A DNA stretch of 64,000 bases from Zootoca vivipara. Lineage: Eukaryota. The translations under genes and the position numbers were made by a program. Below are positions 1 through 12,121 of this stretch, piece after piece. Numbering within the stretch: position 1 is the stretch's first letter; the number at the start of each line of letters is the position of its first letter. The notes under the pieces were generated by a model. It worked only from the letters and a program-made list of their open reading frames with translations, was not told where the DNA came from and searched no databases. Location of the stretch: the NCBI RefSeq assembly GCF_963506605.1, contig NC_083280.1, positions 24,118,001 through 24,182,000 of the forward strand, read 5' to 3'.

Positions 1-255
1 GGACATGGAGCAATGGATTCAAACCACAAGAAAGAAGATTCCACCTAAACATAGGAAGATCTTCCTGACAGTAAGAGCTGTTTGGCAGTGCAATTTGCTG
101 CCAAGGAGTGTGGAGGAGTCTCCTTCTTTGGAGGTCTTTAAGCGGAGGCTTGACGGCCATATGTCAGGAATGCTTTGATGGTGTTTCCTGCTTGGCAGGG
201 GGTTGGACTGGATGGCCCTTGTGGTCTCTTCCAACTCTATGATTCTATGATTCTA
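1..255 (+). mobile_element. CR1 LINE 3' end (5'-truncated or cut by window edge)
   Basis: CR1-type 3' sequence ending ...ttccaactctatgattctatgattcta (ATTCTATG octamer tail); near-identical to the minus copy at 44915-45012. Confidence 0.85.
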
Positions 256-2127
256 CCGTTCACTTGCTTTCCTAGTGCTATTGCTCATCCAACTAGAGCT
301 GTCTTCAGGTGTTTTCCAAAACATGCAGGGGTTAAAAGAGGGCGAGGGGTGCACACGCAAGACCCACCTCTGTTGTTCCCACATGCACGGGCTCCTGTCA
401 TTCCTTTGCATGTTGAGCGAGAAGGTCTAATCGCATTCACCTGAAAGGGACTAGACACCACCTGAAAATTGGAAATCCAAGACTGGGAATCTTCCCAGTG
501 TGAACCCACCTGGACCCTTAAATCTTCTGAGGCCCTTCTCCAGGTCCCTCCACTGAGGAAGGCTCATAGGGCAAGTGCCTTTTCCGTTATGGCTTTCCAT
601 CGGTGGAATGCTCTCCTCAGTGAGGCCCGCCTAATGCCGTTTTTTACATCTTTCCAGTGCCAGATAAAGACTTATCTTCCCTCCCTGCCCAGCTTTTGAT
701 GCACCAGGATGGTGTTGTTTTGTTACTAGCATGCTGCCAAAGCTTCCTGTGGTTATGGGACTTGTTTTGTTTTTAATTTGTTTTCTTTGTTTTCATGTTT
801 GTAGTTGTATCATGAGTCTCTTGGGGACATTAATGTGACCAGTGGCTTAATCATCATCAACATCATCCCCGATTATGCAGTTCTAAGTCACATGGTGGCT
901 TCTAACTACATTCAGCTGAATGCAGTTAGGCGTCTCCTTAACGCCTGTGTGCCAAACAAGTAACGGTTGAGTGGATAAGGGATATGCCTAGCGTACAACA
1001 GCCACTGAGGCCATGGGGTTTTAGGGTATCAGTGCAGGCACCTGTGGGCGCCATGCTGCAGGAAGCACCACACCAATGCTGCAGAATGGAGCTCAAGAAA
1101 CAGAGTGGGGGCGCTAAATTTTAGCGTCACACCAGGAGCCGCTGAAATTTGATAGCCCAAAGTCTGCCACTGCTCCCAACAGCCTCAACCAGCATGGCTG
1201 GTGATCAGGACGATAGAATTTGTAGTTCAACCACACCTATAGTCCAGCATCATCTGAAGGGCCACAGCATCCCTGCTATGCTGGTTGAGCAGACATGAGA
1301 CAGATGCAGAAGGAAGCGCTTAGACAGTTCCAGGCTGGCAGCAATTCCGGATCAGCCCCTTCAAATCCAGATCAACTTTTTGCATACCAGAAGTTTAACA
1401 CCAGGGTTGGGTTCCCCCCAAAAAACAAAGCTCTGAGCAGCCTCTCGGATCAGGCAAAACTGGTTTTAGCCTTGGAGGTGGATATGAGCCCAGATGTTTG
1501 GAACAAGGGATTTCTTGCTGCAGCTGGTTGCCTAGTAGGGACTGTTCTGCACACATCATTGCCTTGACTGCACAAAGGCCTACAGAGATTACACCTCCCC
1601 TTTCTGTCATAGAACAATACACACAGAGGGAACGCTAGAAAAGTCTCGTTCATTTGGTATTGCAGCAAAAGCCCTGCCCTCTATGAATTCTACCTTACGC
1701 CCTGTGCTGTGCTGTGCTATTTAGTGCAGAGGAACAGTGGCTGGGCAAAATTTTTAGATCAGTGTGTAATTGTTCACATGATAGGAAACAGTTGACTTGA
1801 ATTCTCATTACAGAAGAAATGTGCCCCCCCCCCCAGCAAATCCCTTGATATTATGGCACTATTTTCAGCACAAGGCAAACTGATGTATTTTTAGTGTGGA
1901 TTCATTTAAAAGATGCCTATATTAAAAAAATACCATTTGGTTTCCCAGAAAAGCTCGTGATAGATGTTTTGTGTTTCTCCAAGTATGTAAGTGCCATCAT
2001 AATGCTGTTTATATGAACAGGTCCTGAAGATCATCCAGGAAGTGATAAAAGTAGATCATCCACTTCTCCAGCTAGGTAACAACAATAACAACAACAAGTC
2101 CTTGCATTAGTCAAAATGGTTATTAGT

Positions 2128-2473
2128 GGGACGCGGGTGGCACTATGGTCTAAACCACAGAGCCTAGAGGGCTTGTCGATCAGAAGGTCAGCGGTTCGAA
2201 TCCCTGCAATGGGGTGAGCTCCCATTGCTCGGTCCTAGCTCCTGCCCACCTAGCAGTTCAAAAGCACTTCAAATGCAAGTAGATAAATAGGTACTGCTCT
2301 GGCGGGAAGGTAAACAGCATTTCAGTGCGCTGCTCTGGTTCGCCAGAAGCGGTTTAGTCATGCTGGCCACATGACCCGGAAGCTGTACGCCGGCTGCCTC
2401 AGCCAGTAAAGCAGGATGAGAACCGCAACCCCAAAGTCGTCTGCGGCTGGACCTAACGGTCAGGGGTCCCTTT
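2128..2473 (+). mobile_element. Sauria SINE (tRNA-derived head, Bov-B-related tail)
   Basis: Starts gggacgcgggtggcactatgg, has B-box ggttcgaatcc, ends ggtcaggggtcccttt; aligns with copies at 8501-9331, 34945-35310 and 41324-41613. Confidence 0.85.
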
Positions 2474-2722
2474 GTTGTTGTTTAGTCATTTAGTTTTTCG
2501 TGACCCCATGGACCATAGCACGCCAGGCACTCCTGTCTTCCACTGCCTCCCGGCAGTTTGGTCAGACTCATGTTCGTAGCTTTGAGAACACTGTCCAACC
2601 ATCTCGTCCTCTGTCGTCCCCTTCTCCTTGTGCCCTCCATCTTTCCCAACATCAGGGTCTTTTCCAGGGAGTCTTCTCTTCTCATGAGGTGGCCAAAGTA
2701 TTGGAGCCTCAGCTTCACGATC
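2474..2722 (-). mobile_element. Bov-B (RTE) LINE 3' fragment, tail-to-tail with the SINE
   Basis: Minus ORF KLRLQYFGHLMRREDSLEKTLMLGK...RRGRQRTRWLD is the Bov-B C-terminus; (CAA)n tail. Confidence 0.9.
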
Positions 2723-3962
2723 TGTTACCCTATTACAAGCGGGTGGTGGAATGAAATTTCTGCTCATTCTTCTGACATTATTTATGCGCTTTCCCTCTAA
2801 CTTATTGCATCTTGTTCAAACTGGTCCATGATGTGTCATGGAAGGTACCACAGCTAGATTTCTGGGTCTTGTTGGAAAGCCTGCTTCACCTTTTATAAAT
2901 AAAAATATAGCATTTTTTTTTTATTTAGTGCTCCTTAGGTGTTTGTTTGAAAGATGAAGGTGTTTTGCACTTCCACAACCTTCGGGGCTCCCCCTTGTAT
3001 GCTGATCTCTCCTGCCCCACCCCACCACCACCACCCCACTCCATGGACCAAGTTTCGCTCCAGTCCTGTCGACACTTGTTGTCACCGCTCGAGTTTACTC
3101 TTAGAAGGAGCGGCATGCATCACAACTGCATGGAAAACATGTTTATTTCTGGCAGGCTATGCTGTGGTCAGAATCAGAATTCCTCAGGAACTGGCAGTAG
3201 TAATTACCGATGAACTACGGTATTTGTGCCATGGATAGAAAGCTCCAGGACTTGCCTGTGTTATTATGAGGCTCAAGGATGTAAGTGTCTGTGTTTGCAC
3301 AGATGCTGACATAAAAAGTGTGGGCTTCCTCTCATTCAATTGCTTTCCCTTTCCCTCAAGCACTAATACATCGTTTTCCATCTGCCTAGGTCAGAGAGCC
3401 CAGAGGGAACAGCTGACGGCAGTCAAAAGCCAGGATTAGATAATGCCCCCTTTGAAAGATCAGCAGAGCTATCCTCCCCAGAAACCCCTGACTCCTTATC
3501 CTCAAGCAAAGGTACTGTGTCCTAACTTCCGCATGCACCAAGAGAGGAGGACTGTAACTTGGGGCGGCTGTTTCCCAGCTGCCAGATGCTGAAATTGAAC
3601 CCTGTTTGTGGAATGCTCTCCTCCGGGAGGCTCGCCTGGTGCCTTCATTAAATATCTTTTAAAGCCCCAGGTGAAAACGTTCCACTTCAACCAGGCCTTT
3701 GGCTGATTAAGCAATCTATGGCCTTTTAAATGTGTCTGTAGAGGTGGGCATTTTTTGTCTGGTTTTCTGCTATTATGCTGCTACGTGTTTTGTGTTCTTA
3801 TGTTGTAAACCGCCCTGTGATCTTTGGATGAAGGGTGGGATATAAATTTAAAAAATAATAATAGTAACCTAGGACCTTCTGCATGCACCTAGGACCTTCT
3901 CTCACACTCAGCTATGGCCCTTTCCAATTCGGTGCTCTAAATTTCCTCTGAATGTTAAAGTG

Positions 3963-4110
3963 GAACGTAGGAAGCTGCCTTATACCAAGTCAGGCCATTG
4001 GTCCACCTAGTTCAGAATTGTCTGCACTGATTGGCTCTCCAGTATTCCAGGCAGCAGACCTTCCGAACTCCTACCTGGATTGAACCTGGGAACTTCTTAT
4101 TGCAAGGCTG
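3963..4110 (-). mobile_element. Degenerate tRNA-derived squamate SINE fragment (Squam3-like)
   Basis: gattgaacctggg (reverse B-box) plus gaagctgccttata...ccattggtcc tail; related fragments near 6566-6740 and 26690-26855; family name from memory. Confidence 0.4.
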
Positions 4111-5299
4111 CGGCAATGTTTTCCAGGGGGGACCTTTTTATGAGGCGACAGCTTAAGCAAGAGAGAACTGTGGAGCCAAACACACTTACAGTTTAAGTGC
4201 TTGAACAAGAAGAGGGAAATTTAAAAACAAATTATAACAATAGTAACATTTGCATAGCGCTTTCAAGCACTTCATATGCACCATCGAGTTGTAATCATTG
4301 CAACAGCCCTGCAAGGTAAGATGATTCTTATCTCCCGTTATTGCAATTTGAGGAACTGAGGCTGAGAGACAGTGGGTTGCCTAAGGTGACCTCATGAAGT
4401 CATGCACTCCTGCCAATGTGTTTGCACCACCTTGTGTCTTCTAGTAAGCAACAGTGACCTACCCGCCAGGAAGCTACCTTGGTGGCTCTGCCTCACCTGA
4501 CAAGCGACTTCTGCTTGTCTCTGCATTCCTTGCCAAATCAATGTCACCCTCAAGTGTCTGCCCCACTCCCTGTCCTGCAAAGCAACTAGAGATCAAGACT
4601 GAGATTTCCCATTCATGAAGGACAGATTATTTAATCTCGATGGTCTGTAGCTCGTACACAATGGAGATTTGGTCAACCGTACGCATAACTAGTTCGGCTT
4701 GTGCTCAGCAGGATCCAATGGCCACCCTGCAATACTGGGAGGAATCAGAAGAGAGAGCTCTGTTGGGTACCACTTAAGGAGGTGAGCAATTGAAGTGGGT
4801 TGCTTTTCCATGTTTCTGTTGAGTTTGATCATGTCACTGTTGAGTAACAACAGGCAAAACCCCGAGCAGTGTGCTTTTCTTCCAGATGATCGTGAAGACG
4901 ACAAGAAGAAATCATGCTTCCTCCTTTTATTCTTCAGCTTTAAATTAAAGTTTGGTTTAAAGTTTAGGTATAAGAGGGTGTGAATTGCAGAGGTGCCGTG
5001 AAACAAGGACTGAAAGGCAGGGCAGTCTTCTGTATTTTAAGCCAAATCGTCTTCACAATGTTATGCTCAAGGCTGAAATTCCTTTTGTTGTGGTTTTGCT
5101 TAGGGATAGAGCTATTTCCCTTTTTCTCGTGACTGTTTCTTTAAGGTTGTTTATATGCATTTGCTCTCTTTTCCAGGGCTAGCATAACAACAAATGGATG
5201 GATTTTGTAGTCAGTTCAAAGATTAGGGTAATAATATGTTTGCACGGGCGACATCATGAATGGGATTCTTATAATGGGTCTAAACCACAGCTCCTTATA

Positions 5300-5487
5300 C
5301 AGTGGTACCTCAGTTTAAGTACACAATTGGTTCCGGAAGTCTATACTTAACCTGAAGCGTACTTAACCTGAAGCGAACTTTCCCATTGAAAGTAATGGAA
5401 AGTGGATTAATCCGTTCCAGATGGGTCTGTGGAGTACTTAAACTGAAAGTACTCAAACCGAAGCGTACTTAAACCGAGGTATGACTG
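5300..5487. mobile_element. Tc1/mariner (Tigger/pogo-type) MITE
   Basis: TA|cagtggtacctc ... gaggtatgactg|TA; same family reversed at 14025-14212 and 20963-21150. Confidence 0.85.
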
Positions 5488-5664
5488 TATTGGCCTCTGG
5501 CCAACTCCTTCTGCCATTTTGCTGTCCCGCTGCTTAGAAGCTGCGAGTGACAAAGATAACTCTTGAGCCTCAAAGACAACAAAGGAGCTTGGTAGTACGG
5601 CGAATTCATGCGGGTACCAATTCATGAGCGCCTTTGCCCTTGCATGTCTAACAAGGTTGAATCT

Positions 5665-5879
5665 AGTTACAGGTAGGTAGCCGTGTTGGTCTGAGTCGAA
5701 GCAAAATAAAAAAATTCCTTCAGTAGCACCTTAAAGACCAACTAAGTTTATATTTTGGTATGAGCTTTCGTGTGCATGCACACTCTGTGTATCTGAAGAA
5801 GTGTGCATGCACACGAAAGCTCATACCAAAATATAAACTTAGTTGGTCTTTAAGGTGCTACTGAAGGAATTTTTTTATT
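5665..5879. mobile_element. Penelope-like element pseudo-LTR inverted-repeat insertion
   Basis: 80-bp perfect inverted arms 5705-5784/5800-5879; flanking direct repeat aaggttgaatct (5653-5664, 5880-5891); contains hammerhead core; same sequence as 40456-40679. Confidence 0.75.
5789..5826 (+). ncRNA. Minimal type I hammerhead ribozyme motif (Penelope-type)
   Basis: GTAT-CTGAAGA-A-GTGTG(CATG)CACAC-GAAA-GC-TC-ATAC: helix I GTAT/ATAC, CUGANGA box, helix II, GAAA, palindromic AGCU helix III, predicted cleavage after C5822. Confidence 0.65.
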
Positions 5880-6330
5880 AAGGTTGAATCTGTGACTCAC
5901 ATTCTTTTATTTTGTGAATTTTATAGTGAAGAACGAGCTCAATTTATTTTACCCCTTTACACCCTTTACAATATTACAAATTTACACCCTTACAATATTA
6001 TTTGGAATTTCCCCCTGAAATCTTACAAAAATTCCTTCCGGAAGATTCCTCAAGCCCAGTGTCATATGACGTGGCCAAATTCTGCAATTTAGCTATTAAG
6101 AAACGTAAATCCCTTCTATTGAATGACACATTGCAAATTCCTTTTTTGTAATTGTTCTATTTTTGGTGATGTTATTGCTGATTTTCTTTCGTTTGGAATT
6201 ATGATATTCTGTATTGCTGGCTTTTGCTGTAATAAAAATTGAATTGAAAAATTGAAAAGGAGCTTGGAGTTTGCTTTGAGACATAATTATTCGTCTTGGT
6301 TATACATCTTATGTTGTGTCTACTGAAAAG

Positions 6331-6437
6331 GGAGACGTTGGATGCAGTTGCTGTTGATCAATCCGGAAAACGTTTGGGAAGATCAGTCTCAATGCAGACA
6401 GATAAGAGCTGGCTTTATGACCACTGCAAAAAAAGGC
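6331..6437 (+). CDS. ERICH6: ERICH6 (FAM194A) internal exon, first confidently placed
   Basis: AG|...|GTAAGT; ETLDAVAVDQSGKRLGRSVSMQTDKSWLYD resembles human VSVQTEESWLQD; phases 2/1. Confidence 0.7.
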
Positions 6438-6836
6438 GTAAGTACCGTAATAGGCTTCTTGTGCTATCTATCCATCCCACACACAGACACATACACACAC
6501 AAAATAGCAGCGGAAAAGAAATCTCCACTGTAATCACCATGCATAGAATTAACCATTTAGCTACATAAGAAACTGCCCCAAGCCTGATCTGATTATTTGC
6601 CCATGTAAACCTAGGTTGTCCGCTCTGACTGGCAGTGCCTCTCCAGGGTCTCAGGAAGGGGTCTCTCCCCCCCCCATCTCCTTTAAATCAGTGGTGTTAA
6701 GGGATTGAAACCAGAGCTTTTTGCTTGCAAAACATGTGATTATTCTGCTGCAAGGTGTTATAGGTTGGGTTGCGTTTGGCAAAGGCTGTTCTATGGTTAG
6801 GCCAGATGTTATGCTTTTCTTTTCTTTTCTTTGCAG

Positions 6837-6869
6837 GTCCAAAGGAAGAAAAGCTTCGTCCTGAGAATG
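6837..6869 (+). CDS. ERICH6: ERICH6 33-nt micro-exon
   Basis: Long pyrimidine tract ttgcag|...|gtaaat; PKEEKLRPEN; phases 1/1 fit both neighbours. Confidence 0.65.
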
Positions 6870-7408
6870 GTAAATTGGTCCTCAGCACATTCAATTTCTC
6901 CTTCATTCTGAGCCCTGCCTTTTTCTTTTAATTTTGTGCGACTCCACGGAGGGGATTGGGTGTGAAACCTAGGAGGTATAACTAACCCCGGCTCAGCCGT
7001 AAACTTGAGAGAATGTGGGCACCTTGCCATTCCTCAATCTGAAATCATGGTCTGTAAAATGGGAATGTTAACAACCTGCTTTACATTGCAAGGTGATGAT
7101 CAATTAAGTTTGTATTGTGAAATGTGTATTGTGACACACTGAAGGTGGAGGCAGACTATCCTTACCTTGTGTGCAATCCTACTGCTGCCTCTGGCGAACA
7201 GGTTTTGCAGCTTTTTTATTGCTTCCAAAGCTTGCAAAACTGATCTGAAGAGTGGTGGCGGGTCCAAAAAAAGGAAAGAAAGAAAAATTTACATCACAGG
7301 AAATGATGCTACTCTCACTGTCAATCTCCAGTCCCAGGCTGGATTTATGTCAGCACTTCCTGTCCTGTTTCTTCAGCATCTCGTTGTTCCAATATATTAT
7401 TCGGTTGC

Positions 7409-7440
<32 letters not shown>

Positions 7441-8251
7441 TTTTCCCTCGTGAATATCAGCACACAAATACTTGCAGCAGCTACTCTGGCCTGTGCTCTG
7501 AGGCATCGGTTCCCCATTTTAAATGGCAAGCTGTAGCCTTGACAGGAAGACACCCCCAACCAATTGTTTAAACCGGCAAGCTCTTCTTCTTTTAACCTCT
7601 AGCAGTGCTCCATTGCTGCTCATTAGCTGGGTAGAATCCAGATGCTGTTCCTCAAGGAGCACATTCCCCACCCTGCCCAATTATTCACAGTTTACTATTC
7701 CACTCTTCCTTCACCAATGGAACCACGTAGGCAGGAGGCGCTGGCCGTTCCTTTGAGCCTCCCCCCCTCCCCAAGTTGTGGCTTCTATTCTATTCTGACC
7801 ACTATATTTTTAACGCTGTGAGGGTGAGTGCTCCCCCGCTGCACTCCAAAGGCACAGGGGCATTCTGCCTGAAAACAAAATCAGGGTTGTCTTTGGGCAG
7901 CCCACTGTAAACAGACAAAAGCAACAATAGCAGGCCAGTCTGGATAACACATGCAAATCCATGGTCTGGAAGTAACTAAGGCGAGGCTTTTTTGGGGGGG
8001 GGAGGGGAGCTCAAAAAGCACTCGAATGGCCATGCAAAGAGGCAGACAGCCACACTGGCTGGGTATGATGGGAGCTGTAGTCTGGAACATGTTCAGGGTA
8101 TCACAATTGGGTGCCACAATTGGCTGTCGCTGGCCTATTGCTACTTCAGTATCTCCAGTCCTAAATAAGCGATGTGGGTGTGTCCTTTGATTCAGACTTT
8201 AAAAGCAAGAACGGACCAATTTCCTAACCCATTCTCTTTGTGTATGTTTAG

Positions 8252-8310
8252 ATATCTACGCCGTCTGGTACGAGGACCTCAGCTGCTTAGACATTTTGTG
8301 CGACACGGAG
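8252..8310 (+). CDS. ERICH6: ERICH6 exon
   Basis: tttag|...|gtattc; IYAVWYEDLSCLDILCDTE resembles human LNILYELE; phases 1/0. Confidence 0.65.
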
Positions 8311-8500
8311 GTATTCGTCGCTCGTGGTCTCTGCACATTTTGGTCAAAGCATCCTCTCAACTCAACATCCCCCAACTCCATCCCTTTCCCTTTCAGCCAA
8401 ATCAAGACTGATGCCATTCATCTTTGGGTAACCCTATGGGGACATTCTGGGCAACGACGTTCAAGATTTGAAATGGAATTAATCTCTTGAATTGTATTAT

Positions 8501-9331
8501 GGGATGCGGGTCATGGGCGTAGGCAGGGGGGCAGGGGGGCAATTGCCCCCCCTAGAAGCAGGGCCGCTGGCCAGCCTGCCCCGCTGCCCGCCCGGTGCCG
8601 TCTCCCTTCTCCCTGGCTGGCTTTGGAGCGGGCGGAGGGAAAGCTAGGCAACCGCTTTGCGCGGCTCTGGGGCTTTCCCTCCACCTGCCCCGGCGATTGC
8701 AGAGGGGGAGGAGGGGATCGGAGCAGCCCAATTTCGGGCTGATCCTGGCTCCCCCTCGCCCCTGCCGATCGCGGAGGGGGAGGAGGGAGTCGGAGCAGCC
8801 CGAAATCGGGCTGCTCTGATCCCCTCCTCCCCCTCCGCGATTGCCGGGGCAGGAGGAAGGAAAGCTGGCAAGGGAGAAGGGAGCTTTCCTTGCCCCGCTG
8901 TGGCCCCTCCCCCGCCCCTTGGCCCCACCCCTTGGCCTCGCCCCTTGGCCCCTGATTTTCATCCTGGCTACGCCCCTGATGTGGGTGGCGCTGTGGGTTA
9001 AACCACTGAGCCTAGGGCTTGCTGATCAGAAGTTTGGCAGTTCGAATCCCCACAATGGGGTGAGCTCCCGTTGCTCCGCCCCAGCTCCTGCCAACCTGGC
9101 AGTTCAAAAGCACGTCAAAGTGCAAGTGGATAAATAGGTACCGCTCCAGCGGGAAGGTAAACGCCGTTTCCGTGTGCTGCTCTGGTTTGCCAGAAGCAGC
9201 TTAGTCATGCTGGCCACATGACCTGGAAGCTGTACGCCGGCTGCCTCGGCCAATAACGCGAGATGAGCGCCGCAACCCCAGAGTCGGTCACGACTAGACC
9301 TAATGGTCTGGGGTCCCTTTGCCATTACCTT
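8501..9331 (+). mobile_element. Sauria SINE interrupted by a hAT MITE and flanked by a 66-bp direct repeat
   Basis: SINE head gggatgcgggt at 8501 resumes as atgtgggtggcgctgtggg at 8979; tail ...cctttgccattaccttt; flanks 8435-8500 and 9332-9397 match at 63/66. Confidence 0.8.
8512..8978. mobile_element. GC-rich non-autonomous hAT element
   Basis: TIRs CATGGGCGTAGGCAGG / CCTGGCTACGCCCCTG; 8-bp TSD atgcgggt/atgtgggt; internal repeats of gcagaggggg-aggagggg-atcggagcagccc. Confidence 0.75.
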
Positions 9332-9434
9332 TATGGGGACATTCTGGGCCACGAGGTTCAAGATTTGAAATGGAATTAATCTCTTGAATTGTAGTATACA
9401 TTGTATTGTTTTTTCTTTTTCTTTTTCTTTTTAG

Positions 9435-9551
9435 TTTCAAGAAGACTTCTTAAAGCTGTTTCAGGAATCTCTACGCACCCTGTCCAGCGTTGGTCCACCA
9501 ACTATACTAGCCTATAGGCCAGAATTATCGAGAGAAGGCATTCAATTCGAG
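9435..9551 (+). CDS. ERICH6: ERICH6 exon
   Basis: FQEDFLKLFQESLRTLSSVGPPTILAYRPE resembles human [32 protein letters not shown]/GT, phases 0/0. Confidence 0.9.
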
Positions 9552-11647
9552 GTGGTTCTCTTTCCATTCTGTGGTTTGTGCATGTAGGATAACCAGAGAG
9601 ATGCGTGCGTAAAATAACACACAAGGATATATGTGACGGATTGCACACTTTTGTGCAAACCTACAGTGTAGTGCTTCTGAAGTGTCACCACTTAAGAATG
9701 CATGTGTTTGTGTGACTGAATGTCCCATTTCCCCTAAACGCACACACACTTCTCTCTGAATTGTACTAATTTTCTGTACGCATATTTCAACACATGACCC
9801 CCAAACCCCTGCCACCAGCATCTGCATCTCAGAAGGGGCTATACCACATACTTTAAAAAACATACTGATTTGCTTAGGTAAGTAGCCTAAGAAGAACACC
9901 ACATAAAGGCAAAATAAAATGGTAAGGAGCAATCAGAAGCGGAAGAGTTGAAACTATTTGGTGTCTAGAGGCAGGTTTACTCCAGAAATATATGCGGGGA
10001 AGCTTCATCCTGTGTCTATATTGCCACGCTTTCCAGGAAACAGATGGCTCTAAGATCCTTAAAGAAATTGGATCATTTACAGTTGCCTGTAATCCCTTGA
10101 GAAAGTGAAAGTGAAACAAGACTCTCCAAGCCATCCCTGATGTTAATCAAGATTAACAAATCTGGATTTGGGAGAGGAGACCAGGAAAGGAACAATATGT
10201 GATATACGGTAGTTCAGTGGTCTTGGTGTCTTACTGTGTTCCAGTCAAAAATGAGAGCTGCAGGCAAGTTGGAGAGGTGTATGGGTCTTTTTTAGAAATG
10301 TGCAAGGACTTGAGGAAGCAAGCTCTGTTGAACTGATAGGGGAAATTAGATTATTGGACTAGGAAAAGGCACCTGTTTTTTAAACCTTACGTTACTTTCC
10401 CTCTCTTCATTCAGCATTTTGCTAGCCAAATTTTACATTAGTCATTTTTAAAATTTATTTTTTAAAGAGCATCCACATGAATTGCCTGAACACTGTGTAG
10501 TAAATTCTGGTGAAAATCCATTGCAGAAACATTGCCATTTCCAATTTACAGGGTGTGGGATGGGTAGGGAGAATAATAGTATTATGCAAAAGCCAAAATT
10601 GTCCAGGGTTGAATTACCTCCTTGCATCACCTCTTCTACGGTGATTGATTGAGAATTCATTTAAGAAAAGCAATATTCTGAAATCCAAGGGCTTGAGATT
10701 TTCCCCAGGAGTGGGGAAATTATAATTATTTAGTGTTTTCATTACTTACTTTGTTGGGGAGATGAATTAGTCATAATTATCATCTATAAGAAAGAAGCAG
10801 CTACGATATTCCTGTATGTGGAATTGACCGGTTCTGGTACTTTGTTTGCATAAAGTTTGTTCCATAGGTTCTTATTAAAAGGGCCCAGTGCCTTATTGTC
10901 TAATGATGTATACAAGTTGCTGGTATGTACTGAATTTTAAAGTAATACTGATGGAACCTGCCAAGTTCCAGCTCTGCTTAATTTAGGCACACAAAGTTCT
11001 GCCTGACTTCAGCCAGGAGCTGAATCTCACCACCTTGATATTGTATACAGGAATCTCAACTCTCTTTTTGCATTTTGCAGAATGAGGTGTTGCATGTTAT
11101 GGACATTTAGGAGGCAGTCCTGTGAAAGTTAAATACTTATAAATATCACTAATTTCCGTGAGAGTGAGCTAAGCACAGATTTCAACTCTCCCTTCAAAGT
11201 AATGGGACTTTTAGGAGTTATTAATGGTCATGCCGAGCTGCTCGCTAAAATAATATCTGACAGCTAAATGCAAAAAAATGTAGCCTCTGGGTTGTAGCCA
11301 TAGTATGTATTTGCAATATTTTATTTAAATGCCTTAAAAGGAAGTGTCATGGAATAACAGGAAGGGGCATTCTTTTAAAGCCAACAGAGTTTGTCAGTTG
11401 TAGCCTGAGGTTCAGCATTCATCTTGTTTCTGCATTTGAACTTGAGGGTGGCTGTGGTCAAAATGACTTGTTCTACATTGTCAGAAAAAATGAATATACT
11501 GCAGGGCCAAGGGAAGATATTCCCACCTGCTCTGCAGTCTTTTCATAGCACCTGAATGAGACTTGCAGACAGCAGTTTGAGAACCTCTTCATTATGGGGA
11601 TAGAGATATGAGAAAAAGCTGGGAAGCAGGGATTATTTGCTTAGCAT

Positions 11648-12121
11648 CAGGGCCGGCGCCTCCATTTAGGCAAACTAGGCCAAGGCCTAGGGCGCCGAAA
11701 TGGAGGGGACGCTGTCGAGCCTGCCCACCGCCCGACTGCCGGCGCCTCCGCGCACATCGCCGCAGCCTGGCGGGTGGCTCCTCGGCTCCGCGCCTGAAAT
11801 GGAGCGGGTGCTGGCGAGCCTGCCCGCCGCCCACCCGCGCTGCCGCCAGCGCCGGGAGCAACAAGCGAGCGGTGGCGGTGGCAGCGCCCGTAGCTGAAGC
11901 CTTCAGCTATGGGCGCTGTTGCTGCCGCCGCTGAAAAACTCACAGCGTCCCCTCCATAGGCGGGAGGCGTGCGAGCCAAAATGAGAGCTCAGCGCCCTCC
12001 CGCCTATGGAGGGGTCGCAGCGGCGTCAGCGGCGTTGTGCGGGCATCATGACGCATGTGCCGGGCGGAGGCGCCAGAAGGCGATTTAGCCTAGGGCACAA
12101 AAATCCCTAGCACCGGCGCTG
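11648..12121. mobile_element. GC-rich non-autonomous hAT element
   Basis: TIRs CAGGGCCGGCGC / GCACCGGCGCTG; perfect 8-bp TSD cttagcat (11640-11647, 12122-12129). Confidence 0.8.

Noticed and set aside
7410-7439. (GT)n tract, and other microsatellites near 18933, 49134 and 58710
   Set aside because: Ordinary simple repeats; the VCVCVC and HTHTHT ORFs they generate are not credible proteins.
8552-12000. GC-rich ORFs and apparent CpG islands at 8.5-9.0 kb and 11.6-12.1 kb
   Set aside because: Both lie inside TIR/TSD-bounded hAT elements, so they are neither genes nor the ERICH6 promoter.
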